Below, in pieces: positions 48,736 through 58,418 of a stretch of 64,000 nucleotides of DNA. Each line of letters opens with the position of its first letter. Within the stretch, counting starts at the first letter, position 1. Under the pieces are notes generated by a model. That model was not told where the DNA came from and did not search any database. It saw only the letters and a program-made list of their open reading frames with translations. Source of the stretch: Candidatus Moraniibacteriota bacterium (GTDB taxonomy: Bacteria > Patescibacteriota > Minisyncoccia > Moranbacterales > DUUL01); NCBI GenBank assembly GCA_027008775.1, contig JALVDV010000003.1, positions 12,340 to 76,339 on the forward strand, read 5' to 3'. Both the position numbers and the translations under genes were made by a program.

Positions 48736-48765
48736 TGTTTTATTTTTTAGTGCTTTTTATTTTGT

Positions 48766-48797
48766 AACAAAAAACTAGCTTTATAAACAAAAAGCTA
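48766..48797 (-). terminator. rho-independent terminator after dcd
   Basis: Minus strand TAGCTTT-N8-AAAGCTA then GTTTTTTGTT. Confidence 0.55.
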
Positions 48798-48908
48798 TCC
48801 CCCGGATAACTTTCATTCTACAACGTCCTTTCATAATCACACTCTAACACATCAATTTAAATTTTCCAAACACAAAGCTCTCCATTGTCATAAACAAAAA
48901 TTAAAAAA

Positions 48909-49469
48909 CTAAAAATTTTTATGCATACTCGACGGTTTCACCGTCTTATCACCATAGTACTTACTATTCAAACTTTTATCGCCATACGGACGCAAACAAG
49001 GCGATGACAATTTTTCAAAAGCCATCTGGGCAATAGGCATTTTATAATATAACTTAATTGGTAAAGAACCGGCATTAAAAAGTTCCAAAGTCATTTTTAA
49101 AGAATTGCCGGGATCCAAAAAGCCGGCCGTTGTATGCACAATCAACCCCAATCGCCCTAGAGAACTTTTACCCTCTAGACGAGCCACAAATTTCTCTGAC
49201 ACTCCGGTTTCTTCATAAACAAGAGCCAGAGCAAAGCTTCCCGGATGCAAAATAAATGATTTTTTATTATTGATGATTATTTTGGTCATCAAACCCTCGG
49301 CCGGCTTTTTAACGTCAATTACATGATTGTCAACCATATTAAAAACCATAAACTCTTTATCCAAACGCAAATCAACACTAGCCGGTTGAACCATTTTTTT
49401 ATTAAAGGGTTTAATAATAATTTCCCCCTTCCTCACCTCTTTGATGATATCTCTGTCTGAAAGTATCAT
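48909..49469 (-). CDS. dcd: dCTP deaminase
   Basis: MILSDRDI start, dUTPase-like fold with PASVDLRL and GSFALALVYE motifs. Confidence 0.9.
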   Translation of the reverse strand: MILSDRDIIKEVRKGEIIIKPFNKKMVQPASVDLRLDKEFMVFNMVDNHVIDVKKPAEGLMTKIIINNKKSFILHPGSFALALVYEETGVSEKFVARLEGKSSLGRLGLIVHTTAGFLDPGNSLKMTLELFNAGSLPIKLYYKMPIAQMAFEKLSSPCLRPYGDKSLNSKYYGDKTVKPSSMHKNF

Positions 49470-49757
49470 TTGTTTATTTTTATTTCATTTTAACCCTTTA
49501 TCAACATTCTATAAAATTATTTGCTTCCTCTTTGAAAGTAATAAACTGATTTTAAATTTTAAGCTTTAAATTTTAAATGAGTTTTAAATGATTGATTTTT
49601 AATGTTGAATGTATGATAACAATCTTTATCAAAAAAACTAAGGCTCAAAATCAAACATTTACTTAAAACTTAAAATTAACTCCACAGACTCTTGATCAGC
49701 GAATACCCACTCAGTCCATAGATTACTTCACAGACTTTAGGGACTTTATAAATTCCC

Positions 49758-50351
49758 CTAACACTCCCCCTCCAGCGTGTCTAACTCCTGCTTCTTTTTC
49801 AAAATTATTTTCATCACATCGTCCACTTGCCACAACAATTCATCCATTGAACCGTTGTTGGTGATTTTAAAGTCGGCCTTGGCGCCTATTAAAGGAATAT
49901 CTTTCTCCGTTTCCGCCGTTGCCTCAAATTTTTTAAATTCTTCCAAAGTTTGCTTGTCATCGGATTTTTCCCCGCGACCAACCACTCTTTTCCATCTCAC
50001 TTCTTGATCAGCCGTCACATAAATAACATAATTATTCTTGAAGGAACGAATAAATTCCAAATCTTTCATCATCCTCATTCCATTCACGCACATTATTCCA
50101 TCGTGTTGTTCCACATAACGTCGCACTCCTTGGTGTAAAACATCTTCCCCAAAACGCTCCTTAAAAACCGAATACAGCCAAGACTGATCCTTTTTGGACG
50201 ACTTAGCAAAAAACAAATCCAAAGTTTTTTTCAAAGGCTGGCTGAAACGCAAAAGTTGCACATCATATCGCCTTTTCAAATAATGCGCCACCGTATCCTT
50301 ACCGCTTCCCGTTTCTCCCACCAGACCGATAACAATTTTTGACATTTTCAA
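49758..50351 (-). CDS. P-loop nucleotide kinase, phage-T4-type dNMP-kinase-like (paralogue 2)
   Basis: IGLVGETGSGKDTVAHYL vs T4 gp1 LSGVKRSGKDTTADFI; C-terminal ADFKITNNGSMDELLWQV vs GDLVITNDGSLEELFSKI. Confidence 0.6.
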   Translation of the reverse strand: MKMSKIVIGLVGETGSGKDTVAHYLKRRYDVQLLRFSQPLKKTLDLFFAKSSKKDQSWLYSVFKERFGEDVLHQGVRRYVEQHDGIMCVNGMRMMKDLEFIRSFKNNYVIYVTADQEVRWKRVVGRGEKSDDKQTLEEFKKFEATAETEKDIPLIGAKADFKITNNGSMDELLWQVDDVMKIILKKKQELDTLEGEC

Positions 50352-50641
50352 AAAATTATTTAGTTAACCAAAACAACAACATTATATAGTCAATAAAAAA
50401 ATAGTCAACAGCTCTCATCACTTCCTACATATCATCATCACCATCTCCAATTGCCATCCCAACCTGCCCACCATCCAAAACAAACAAAATTCAAGCAAAA
50501 AACTTCCGTCAACTGCCGGCGTAAGCAACAAAACAAAAACTTTATTTAATTCAATTTAATGTTATAATAAAAACAAGGTAGAAACTTCTTTTAAAGGACC
50601 GAGACAAACAACAAAAAATAATCACCTTAACCAAAGACATT

Positions 50642-51148
50642 ATGAACAACGAATCTAGTTTTAAACAGTATCTCGGGGGAATTTCCGTCAGTCTGGCAGT
50701 TCTATTGCTTCTTATCGGTGTCAGCAGTCACCAAGAGATATTCACCAATACTCCGGCCGAAATAGCCCAAAGTTTTCAAAAAATAAGCACGGCGCTCATC
50801 CATCGCAATCAATCCCCTCAAGAAACAAACAAGGCTCAGCAAAACATTTATCCCTTCAATGTTCAGCGTCCGGGCGATCTCATTGAAACGGAAAACAACA
50901 ATGGTTCAATAGTTTTAAAACATTACCGCGCCCTTTATGTGCCCGCTCTTGTCAATGACTTTGAGGCTCTACCCAAGTTAGAAGTGGAGGTTTTAAACAA
51001 AGGTAAAAAAGACTGGATTGAAATTCCTATCTACAAAACCGACCGTCAAAATGGTTTGGTGTACTTTCTCTTAAAAACAGAGGAAAACGGAAATAGCGAA
51101 TATGCTCAGGTTTTCACCGGCCGAGCCAGAGTACAGTTGATTAGATAA
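50642..51148 (+). CDS. hypothetical secreted/membrane-anchored protein
   Basis: 168 aa, N-terminal hydrophobic segment, no motif recognised. Confidence 0.5.
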   Translation: MNNESSFKQYLGGISVSLAVLLLLIGVSSHQEIFTNTPAEIAQSFQKISTALIHRNQSPQETNKAQQNIYPFNVQRPGDLIETENNNGSIVLKHYRALYVPALVNDFEALPKLEVEVLNKGKKDWIEIPIYKTDRQNGLVYFLLKTEENGNSEYAQVFTGRARVQLIR

Positions 51149-51229
51149 AAAATTAACAAAAAAACAAAATCAACTAGCAAAAACTCCCATCAGCAAAACG
51201 GGAGTTTTTAAACGGCCAAATCAACTTTC

Positions 51230-51793
51230 TCAACGTCTTAAATCTTCCCTCTTTTGCAACTCAACAATCAACTTTCTAATTTTATCCGGATGAGGCACGT
51301 TTTTAAAAATGAACCTTCCTTTTTTTCCGGCCGTTTGAATATAAACATAACCGAAATTCAAGAGAGTCGGCAAGAAACCGTGGATTTCAGTGGTCACATC
51401 CTGCACTTTACTATGTTCCAACTCACTGACATTTCTGTTAAACAAACCCAATTGCTCAATATCAACCACCCTGTGAGTTGTTACAATCCAAACATCAAAA
51501 TAAAAGTCAACCCAAGAAATAAAAAACAAAACCCACAAAACTATTCCCACCACCAATTCCAGAAAGATAGCCAAATCGCTGTTAAAAGCGGGAAAAAAGA
51601 CAAAACCGTATTCCTGTAAAACAAAATGAACAACAACCAAAAAAATCAAGGCTATAATATAGGGCAAAAATTCGTAAAGAAACACCAACCAGTGTTGTCT
51701 AACCACCAAAATAATGTCCTCATCCGCCTTTTTGTTTTTGAAATCATAATTTTTGTAGCGCCTTTTGTACTGTAAAATTTCTTCTTTTGTCAT
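51230..51793 (-). CDS. bacterial PH-domain (bPH_2/YdbT-like) membrane protein
   Basis: Two TM helices then the DVWIVTTHRVVDIE...VQDVTTEIHGFLPTLLNFGYVYIQTAG pattern of DUF304. Confidence 0.65.
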   Translation of the reverse strand: MTKEEILQYKRRYKNYDFKNKKADEDIILVVRQHWLVFLYEFLPYIIALIFLVVVHFVLQEYGFVFFPAFNSDLAIFLELVVGIVLWVLFFISWVDFYFDVWIVTTHRVVDIEQLGLFNRNVSELEHSKVQDVTTEIHGFLPTLLNFGYVYIQTAGKKGRFIFKNVPHPDKIRKLIVELQKREDLRR

Positions 51794-51817
51794 TTTAAAA
51801 AAATAAAATTTATAATT

Positions 51818-52039
51818 CTATAACAAAAACTCCGCCAACAAAACCTCCCAGTCTATACGGTAAAAATAATAGACGTTCAACAATAAAAGGATTATCGCTC
51901 CGGACCACATCAAAGTTATCATAAAGCGAGCCAAGGAAGGATTCAGGCGAAAACTCAACAAATGATAGGTAATCATTACCAAGGCTCCCAAAACAGCAAC
52001 AATAAATCCCAAATAAAGTAACAACAAAATTTCCACCAT
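51818..52039 (-). CDS. small two-helix membrane protein
   Basis: 73 aa, hydrophobic. Confidence 0.4.
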   Translation of the reverse strand: MVEILLLLYLGFIVAVLGALVMITYHLLSFRLNPSLARFMITLMWSGAIILLLLNVYYFYRIDWEVLLAEFLL

Positions 52040-52057
52040 AAAATTGATCGTGAAAAA

Positions 52058-53068
52058 TTAATCAAAAATTTTATCTGTCTCCGGATAATCCAAATTCAAA
52101 TGTTCATAAGCTCGCCTGGTCACCATTCTTCCCCGCGGAGTTCTCTCCAAAAATCCCTTCTTCATCAAAAACGGCTCATAAACCTCTTCAATTGTCTGTG
52201 GTTCTTCCGAAAAAGCGGCCGCCAAAGTTTGCACGCCCACCGGACCGCCGGCAAATTTTTTAATCATTATGGACAACAATTCCCGATCCGCCGGCTCCAA
52301 TCCCAACTCATCAATCTCCAACATATCCAAAGCTTCCCGCGCAATCTTCCTGTCAATCACCTTTTGCTCTCTAATCTGAGCCAAATCTCTCACTCTTTTC
52401 AGCAGGCGATTGGCTATTCGGGGAGTATGCCGAGAACGCCGCGCTATCTCCCGACAACCACCCTCATCAATTTCAGCCTTTAAAATCCGACTGGATCTTT
52501 TTACAATCTGCGCAATCTCATCTTCCGAATAAAATTCCAAACGATAAATTACACCAAAACGATTTCGCAAAGGCGCCGACAACATTCCCAACCTGGTAGT
52601 CGCTCCAATTAAAGTAAATTTGGGTAACTCCAGCTGAATGGTCCGCGCCGAAGGACCCTTCCCCACAATAATATCCAAAACGCCATCCTCCATCGCCGGA
52701 TACAAAACCTCCTCCACCACCTTGCTCAAACGATGGATTTCATCCACAAACAAAATATCACCATCATTTAAATTAGTGATAATGGAACCCAAATCAGCCA
52801 CCCTTTCAATCGCCGGTCCGGAAGTGGATTTTATGCCTGCGCCCATTTCCCGCGCAATAATATGCGACAAGGTTGTTTTTCCCAACCCGGGAGAACCAAA
52901 CAATAAAACATGCTCTATCGTCTCCCCTCTTTTCTTGGCCGCCTCAATCAAAATCTTTAAATTATTTTTCACTTTCTCCTGCCCAACATATTCGGCAAAA
53001 TTCAAAGGCCGCAGAGTGGTTTCCAACTGCTCTTCCTCCTGATCAACTCGCTTGTTTGAAGTTAACAT
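52058..53068 (-). CDS. ruvB: Holliday junction branch-migration helicase RuvB
   Basis: [16 protein letters not shown]...[23 protein letters not shown]+ fold and winged-helix C-terminus. Confidence 0.95.
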   Translation of the reverse strand: MLTSNKRVDQEEEQLETTLRPLNFAEYVGQEKVKNNLKILIEAAKKRGETIEHVLLFGSPGLGKTTLSHIIAREMGAGIKSTSGPAIERVADLGSIITNLNDGDILFVDEIHRLSKVVEEVLYPAMEDGVLDIIVGKGPSARTIQLELPKFTLIGATTRLGMLSAPLRNRFGVIYRLEFYSEDEIAQIVKRSSRILKAEIDEGGCREIARRSRHTPRIANRLLKRVRDLAQIREQKVIDRKIAREALDMLEIDELGLEPADRELLSIMIKKFAGGPVGVQTLAAAFSEEPQTIEEVYEPFLMKKGFLERTPRGRMVTRRAYEHLNLDYPETDKIFD

Positions 53069-53086
53069 TTTCTTAAATCAAAAAGC

Positions 53087-53115
53087 TTGACAAATTTAAA
53101 CAATATTGCTATAAT
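53087..53115 (+). promoter_or_regulatory. consensus sigma70 promoter (TTGACA-17-TATAAT) with no downstream CDS
   Basis: Exact hexamers with 17-nt spacer; points into a 270-nt gap between two minus-strand genes. Confidence 0.55.
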
Positions 53116-53382
53116 GACACGTCTTGTTGTTAACGCTCATCTTAAGAAGCCGCAATTAGACAAGACATACCGGTTCTCAATATCATTTTCAGTATACAAC
53201 AGAAAAGCTCTTTTCACAAAGCATTATTGGCATCCGCCTGTAGACAAGGGGAAAATATATCTGGTCCCGAGGGATTAATTCCTAGTCTAGATCAACCCAG
53301 TTTCGGCTTGGTTGTTTCTCAGAATTAATCCTGATTCGTATATACCATATACGAACATTGTCTACAGACTGATGAACAGTAA

Positions 53383-53886
53383 TCATTTTTTCCTCACAAA
53401 CTTAACATCATTTTTCTCCGAATCATAAACGGCAAAACTAACCAAAGAATTCGGATACAAAGCCAATTTTCCCGGATTAACTGTCAGAGTATCTCCCCGA
53501 TACTCTTTTTTTTGTTCGTGCGTGTGTCCGTAAAAAACCGCCCGATACTTACCGGACAAAGCGGCATTTTCCGCCAACAAAGGATAGTGGGTGATAAAAT
53601 ACCTTTCTCCCGCCAATTCCACTTCGGCAAAAACTCCTTTTTTAAAATGAATGGAATTGTTCTTGTCAGCCAAAACCGCTTTAAACATGGCCACTTTATC
53701 TCCGTCATTATTTCCCCAAACGGCTGTCACCGGCACCCCGACCAAACCCAACCTCTCCACTATATAAGGACTACAGTAATCACCCAAAGCAAAAACATGT
53801 TCCACTTGTTCCCGACGCATTTCCTCCAAAGCCCACTGCAAATTGGCCACTTGGTCATGAATATCGGAAATAATTGCAATTTTCAT
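53383..53886 (-). CDS. metallophosphoesterase (YfcE/MJ0936-like)
   Basis: MKIAIISDIHDQ...ALGDY...GNND...GHTHEQ motifs. Confidence 0.85.
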   Translation of the reverse strand: MKIAIISDIHDQVANLQWALEEMRREQVEHVFALGDYCSPYIVERLGLVGVPVTAVWGNNDGDKVAMFKAVLADKNNSIHFKKGVFAEVELAGERYFITHYPLLAENAALSGKYRAVFYGHTHEQKKEYRGDTLTVNPGKLALYPNSLVSFAVYDSEKNDVKFVRKK

Positions 53887-53979
53887 AATAAAGTAATTTA
53901 AATTTGTTAATACTTTTTATCAAATTTTATATATCTTTACATATTCCAACCGGGCAAACAATCAAAATCTACAAATCGG

Positions 53980-54933
53980 CTACTTTATCTCCTCAATTTT
54001 TACTTCAATCACTCCCGCGCCCAGAGGCGCCAGCTTTCGGAAAGCCTCCTTGTCCAAATCCAAAATTTTTCCGCTACTGGGGTCGGGACCGTAATCGTTA
54101 ACCTGCACAAAAATTTGTTTGCCACTGTTCACCGCCGTCACTCGTAACCAAGTCCCCTTGGGAAAAGTGGTAGAAGCGGCCGCCATTTTACCGGTATAGG
54201 CATACCAGCTGGCCAATCCCCTCTGCACCCGTCCAATCTTAATCTTGGTCCCCACCACCACAATTTCATCCACCGGCTTTTTCAAAATTCGCGTAGCCAA
54301 TTTCTTTCTCGCCACCTCCTTGCCGTTATGATAAACAACCAGATATTTCACTTCCCTTTTTCCCTTTTCACCGGCGCGTTTCACTTTTCTCACTCCCCAT
54401 TTCAACTTCTTGTCCTTTTTCTCAATGGTCTTAAAATCAATTTCTTTGATTTCGGTAACCTCCTTGCGTTCCACCCGAGTCACTGTAACTTTCACATTTT
54501 CAAAAATAAAGCTATCCAAAGATGGTTCCACCTTATCAAAAGGACCCAAAGTTAAGCCGACTTCCCTCAAAACATTTTCCACTCGGCGAGACAAAACTCT
54601 AACTTTTCTCTCCTTTCCATCCGCTTCTATCACCACCGGAACAGACCGCCGTAAAAAAATTCTTTCCCCTCCTCGCAGACTAGCCGATAAACCAGGATAA
54701 ACTTCATCCTTTTCATCAAGTTGCCAACCGATTTCCGCCAAAACATTTTTAACCGTTTTCTTATCGGTTCTCCAACTAAGCAATTGAAAACCATCCACTA
54801 CCACAACCACTTCTTTGTTTTGAGGAAAATAATTTCCTACGCTTCTTTTCCAACAAAAAGAGCTTTCTCGCCAACAAAACAAAAACACCCCCGCCAAAAT
54901 AACTGACCACAACACCACTTTTTTCATCAGCAA
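53980..54933 (-). CDS. DUF348/G5-domain protein with C-terminal RlpA-like DPBB domain
   Basis: Signal/TM anchor, G5-like middle region, C-terminal GLASWYAYTGKMAAASTTFPKGTWLRVTAVNSGKQIFVQVNDYGP. Confidence 0.7.
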   Translation of the reverse strand: MLMKKVVLWSVILAGVFLFCWRESSFCWKRSVGNYFPQNKEVVVVVDGFQLLSWRTDKKTVKNVLAEIGWQLDEKDEVYPGLSASLRGGERIFLRRSVPVVIEADGKERKVRVLSRRVENVLREVGLTLGPFDKVEPSLDSFIFENVKVTVTRVERKEVTEIKEIDFKTIEKKDKKLKWGVRKVKRAGEKGKREVKYLVVYHNGKEVARKKLATRILKKPVDEIVVVGTKIKIGRVQRGLASWYAYTGKMAAASTTFPKGTWLRVTAVNSGKQIFVQVNDYGPDPSSGKILDLDKEAFRKLAPLGAGVIEVKIEEIK

Positions 54934-55056
54934 AACTTAGTAAAATTAACAATTCAAGACTCTCACAATCCTAACCCCCTTATATTTCTAATATTTCCCA
55001 CCAATCTAACACCTCTCGTAACCGCAAACATTCACCTCCATCCCCCCTCAAGACAA

Positions 55057-57369
55057 CTAAACCTTTTTCAATTCAACTACCGCTTTGGCCAACTTTTTTA
55101 CACCCACTCCCGCAAAAGCCACCGTTACAAGCTCTTCATCCACTGAAACCACAATTCCTTCGCCAAAATATTTGTGCTTCACTTTATCGCCATCTCGCCA
55201 GGCATCATTTATTTTTCTTTTCTTTTCCGCCTGTCGTTGTTCTTTTTTCTTTTGCGCTAAACCGGATTCTCGCCAAAAAATCGGCTTCCTTTTGAAAGAA
55301 TTCTCCTCTTCTTTTTCATAAATAAATTCGGAGTCCTCCTCATCTTCTTCCGTCAGTCTCTCTTCCAACAATTCCTTATCAATTTCCTCAATAAACCGAG
55401 AAACCAAGCTTGTTTGTCTGGAGCCGTAAATAGCTCTTTCTCGCGTGTAAAGCAAATACAATTTCTCCTTAGCGCGCGTAATGGCCACATAACACAGACG
55501 ACGCTCCTCTTCCATTTCTTTTTCCTCAAAGCCGGCCTGGGAGTGGGGAAATAAACCTTCTTCCATCCCCACCACAAAAACCACTTTAAATTCCAATCCT
55601 TTGGCGCTATGGATAGTCATTAAAGGCACCACCGACTTGGCATTTAAATCACGATCGGTCTGAGAAATTAAAGTCACATCTTCCAAAAATTTCCTCAAGA
55701 CTGCTCGTCGCCGTTCCGCTTCATCAACTTTCACCGACCGACTGCTTGGCAAATCCAAATCATCCAATTCCAGGTTGTCATAACTCTCCGCCACCGTCAA
55801 TAATTCCAAAATATTTTCCTGTCGCCCCAGACCCTCGTCACCCATATTCGCTAAAGAAGCCTCATATCCACTCTCCCGATAAAGATCCTCAACCAGACTT
55901 TTCAAAGATTTTTGGCCGGCCCTCTTTTTTAAATTTAAAATCAATTCGGCAAACTGTCGTAAAACCACCAATTTGCTTGCCGGCAAATTCAACTTCCCTT
56001 CCAGCGACAACCGCTCTAAATTTTGCAGAACCTGCAAAACATCACCGCCATACTCTTCCGCCGCCAACAAAATTTTTTCCACTGTCTTAACACCCAGCCC
56101 GCGCTTCGGTTCATTGATAATCCGCAATAAGCTAACTTTATCTTTGGGATTTTCCAAAAAGTAAAGATAGGCAACAATATCCTTGATTTCCTTGCGTTGA
56201 TAAAAACGCAAACCACCCACAATCTTGTAAGGTAAACCAAATTTCATAAAGTACTCTTCCAAAACACGAGACTGGGCATTCGTTCTGTATAAAACCGCCA
56301 TTTCTTCAAAGCCGATTCCCTCTTCTTTGTTTAATTTTTCTATCTCCTCCACCACCAGTCGCGCTTCATCCTCCTCATCGTCGGCGCAATGCAAAACAAT
56401 TTTTTCTCCTTCCTTTTTCTCCGTCCACAATTTTTTTCGCTTTTGCCATTTATTGTTTCTAATCACCGAATCGGCCGCATCCAAAATGATTTGTGTACTG
56501 CGATAATTCTGCTCCAATAAAATTACTTTGGCCTCCGGATAATCTCTTTCAAAATTTAGGATATTTTCAATGTCCGCTCCGCGCCAGCGATAAACCGATT
56601 GATAATCATCTCCCACCACGCAAAGATTACGATATTTTTCCGCCAACAACTTCAGTAATCTGTACTGCGCCCTATTCGTATCCTGATACTCATCCACCAT
56701 CAAATAGCGGAAAATTTCCTGATATTTTTCCAAAACCTTGGGAAAAGTTTCAAAAAGCTCAACTGTTTTCATTATCAAATCATCAAAATCCAAAGCGTCG
56801 GCTTTTTTCAATTCCGCTTGATATTTTTTAAAAATCTTAGCCAACAACTCCTCCTTGTAATTTTCCACCGTCCGTCCGTAATCTGCCGGCGTCCACAATT
56901 TATTCTTGGCGGAAGAAATCACCGCCGTTGCCAAGCCAACCTTTACCTCCTTGTCTGAAATAGACAACTCTTTCATCACTCTCTTTAGCAGAGCTTTTTG
57001 GTCTTGGTCGTCATAAATCACAAAATTTTTCTTGTAACCCAAATATTCAATCTCTTTCCGCAAAATCCTGACACAAACGGAGTGAAACGTTCCCAAAACC
57101 GGCAACAGAGAAGAATAAAACCCCGCTTCCTCGGCAACACCTAATAATCGCCTCACCCTCTCCGCCATTTCTCCGGCCGCTTTGTTGGTAAAAGTGACCG
57201 CCAAAATATTTTGCGGATTCACTTTTTTTTCTTTAATCAGATAAGCAATTCTATGGGTCAGCGTTCTGGTTTTGCCGGAACCGGCGCCGGCCAAAATCAA
57301 AACCGGCCCTTCGGTTTGCAAAACCGCCTCTCGTTGTTTATCATTCAATTCCCGCAACAAATCACTCAT
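55057..57369 (-). CDS. ATP-dependent DNA helicase UvrD/PcrA
   Basis: LNDKQREAVLQTEGPVLILAGAGSGKTRTLTHRIAYL, helicase motifs I-VI and a C-terminal Tudor-like domain. Confidence 0.9.
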   Translation of the reverse strand: MSDLLRELNDKQREAVLQTEGPVLILAGAGSGKTRTLTHRIAYLIKEKKVNPQNILAVTFTNKAAGEMAERVRRLLGVAEEAGFYSSLLPVLGTFHSVCVRILRKEIEYLGYKKNFVIYDDQDQKALLKRVMKELSISDKEVKVGLATAVISSAKNKLWTPADYGRTVENYKEELLAKIFKKYQAELKKADALDFDDLIMKTVELFETFPKVLEKYQEIFRYLMVDEYQDTNRAQYRLLKLLAEKYRNLCVVGDDYQSVYRWRGADIENILNFERDYPEAKVILLEQNYRSTQIILDAADSVIRNNKWQKRKKLWTEKKEGEKIVLHCADDEEDEARLVVEEIEKLNKEEGIGFEEMAVLYRTNAQSRVLEEYFMKFGLPYKIVGGLRFYQRKEIKDIVAYLYFLENPKDKVSLLRIINEPKRGLGVKTVEKILLAAEEYGGDVLQVLQNLERLSLEGKLNLPASKLVVLRQFAELILNLKKRAGQKSLKSLVEDLYRESGYEASLANMGDEGLGRQENILELLTVAESYDNLELDDLDLPSSRSVKVDEAERRRAVLRKFLEDVTLISQTDRDLNAKSVVPLMTIHSAKGLEFKVVFVVGMEEGLFPHSQAGFEEKEMEEERRLCYVAITRAKEKLYLLYTRERAIYGSRQTSLVSRFIEEIDKELLEERLTEEDEEDSEFIYEKEEENSFKRKPIFWRESGLAQKKKEQRQAEKKRKINDAWRDGDKVKHKYFGEGIVVSVDEELVTVAFAGVGVKKLAKAVVELKKV

Positions 57370-57510
57370 TTTAATAGCTAAGATAAAGACTAAGCAAACT
57401 CCATTTTAGCACAACTCCTCTCGCCCACCAACCGTTGCCATTTCCACAAAATTGTGCTTAACTAACAGTAAACAAGTTCTTTTCAATTAAAAAACAAGGG
57501 GGACAAGAAA

Positions 57511-57738
57511 ATGGAGCAGTTTATAACAGAAAATCTTACCAAAATTTCTTTTGGCCTAACTATTTGGCTTTTCAGTTTTTTTTCTATTTATTTATTTCTG
57601 AATAAAAAAGAGATTATTACAATTCCCAACTATCAATACCCTATCGCAATAAGTTATACGCTCCTGGCAAGATTTATTATAGCGCTGACAGCAGGAGCAA
57701 TCCTTGCCACATTTTTTATCTTCCTATTTATCAAATAA
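57511..57738 (+). CDS. small two-helix membrane protein
   Basis: 75 aa, followed by a clear terminator. Confidence 0.4.
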   Translation: MEQFITENLTKISFGLTIWLFSFFSIYLFLNKKEIITIPNYQYPIAISYTLLARFIIALTAGAILATFFIFLFIK

Positions 57739-57760
57739 ATTGGATAATTTGTAGCTTTCA

Positions 57761-57787
57761 GTGGAGCCTCAAGGCTCCACTTTTTTA
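57761..57787 (+). terminator. rho-independent terminator
   Basis: GTGGAGCC-tcaa-GGCTCCAC followed by TTTTTTAT. Confidence 0.65.
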
Positions 57788-57881
57788 TAAATCAAGACCC
57801 GACATTCACAAAATCGCAAAGGTCTGCTCTTTATCATCCGGCCAAATTTGTGTAACAAGTTGGCAAAAAGCAAATATCTGA

Positions 57882-57910
57882 TTGACAAAAATTACCATTT
57901 GATTTACACT
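57882..57910 (+). promoter_or_regulatory. putative promoter of the DMT/FabZ-like pair
   Basis: TTGACA-17-TACACT. Confidence 0.4.
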
Positions 57911-57917
57911 CAGTCGT

Positions 57918-57959
57918 TAATCAAGCGCTGTTTTTTAACAAGAAACAAACGCTTGATTA
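57918..57959. promoter_or_regulatory. 10-bp inverted repeat TAATCAAGCG-N22-CGCTTGATTA in the leader of the DMT-like gene
   Basis: Read directly; lies between the putative promoter and the RBS. Confidence 0.4.
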
Positions 57960-58003
57960 CAGCACATTGAACAAAAAAAACCTAAAAAAGGAGGAAACAA
58001 AAA

Positions 58004-58405
58004 ATGGCCTGGATTTACACCTTTTTGACCGCCCTTGGCTTCGGCGGTTGGCCACTAGTGGTCAGGGAGTCGTCAGCTCCCCCGTTGACAACCTCAATTT
58101 TTGTTTTAATCGGCACCTTGGTGCCGCTGATTGCTCTGACATTTTCGGGTATGGAGATTTCCATTAGTGCCCGGTCGCTCATCCGGCCTTTGCTGGCCGG
58201 AATGCTTAATGGAGCAGGATTTATCGCTTATGTCCTGCTCTGTGTGAAGAAGGAATGGGCGCCAACTTTTGTGCCCATTTCCCTAGTCTTAATGGTTCTC
58301 GTCGTAACCATCGGCGGAACCATTTTCTACGGAGACAAATTAAATACCGGTAAAATTTCCGGTATTATTCTATCTCTGGCAGCCGTTTGGCTACTGGCAA
58401 AATAA
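58004..58405 (+). CDS. small 4-TM membrane protein (DMT/EamA-like half transporter)
   Basis: 133 aa, four hydrophobic helices, strong RBS AAGGAGG. Confidence 0.55.
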   Translation: MAWIYTFLTALGFGGWPLVVRESSAPPLTTSIFVLIGTLVPLIALTFSGMEISISARSLIRPLLAGMLNGAGFIAYVLLCVKKEWAPTFVPISLVLMVLVVTIGGTIFYGDKLNTGKISGIILSLAAVWLLAK

Positions 58406-58418
58406 AAAAGGAGGGATT

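Noticed and set aside
53087-53278. 63-aa ORF as the product of the orphan promoter
   Set aside because: The ORF begins inside the -35 hexamer, so it cannot be transcribed from that promoter with its start codon. No RBS. Composition is unremarkable.
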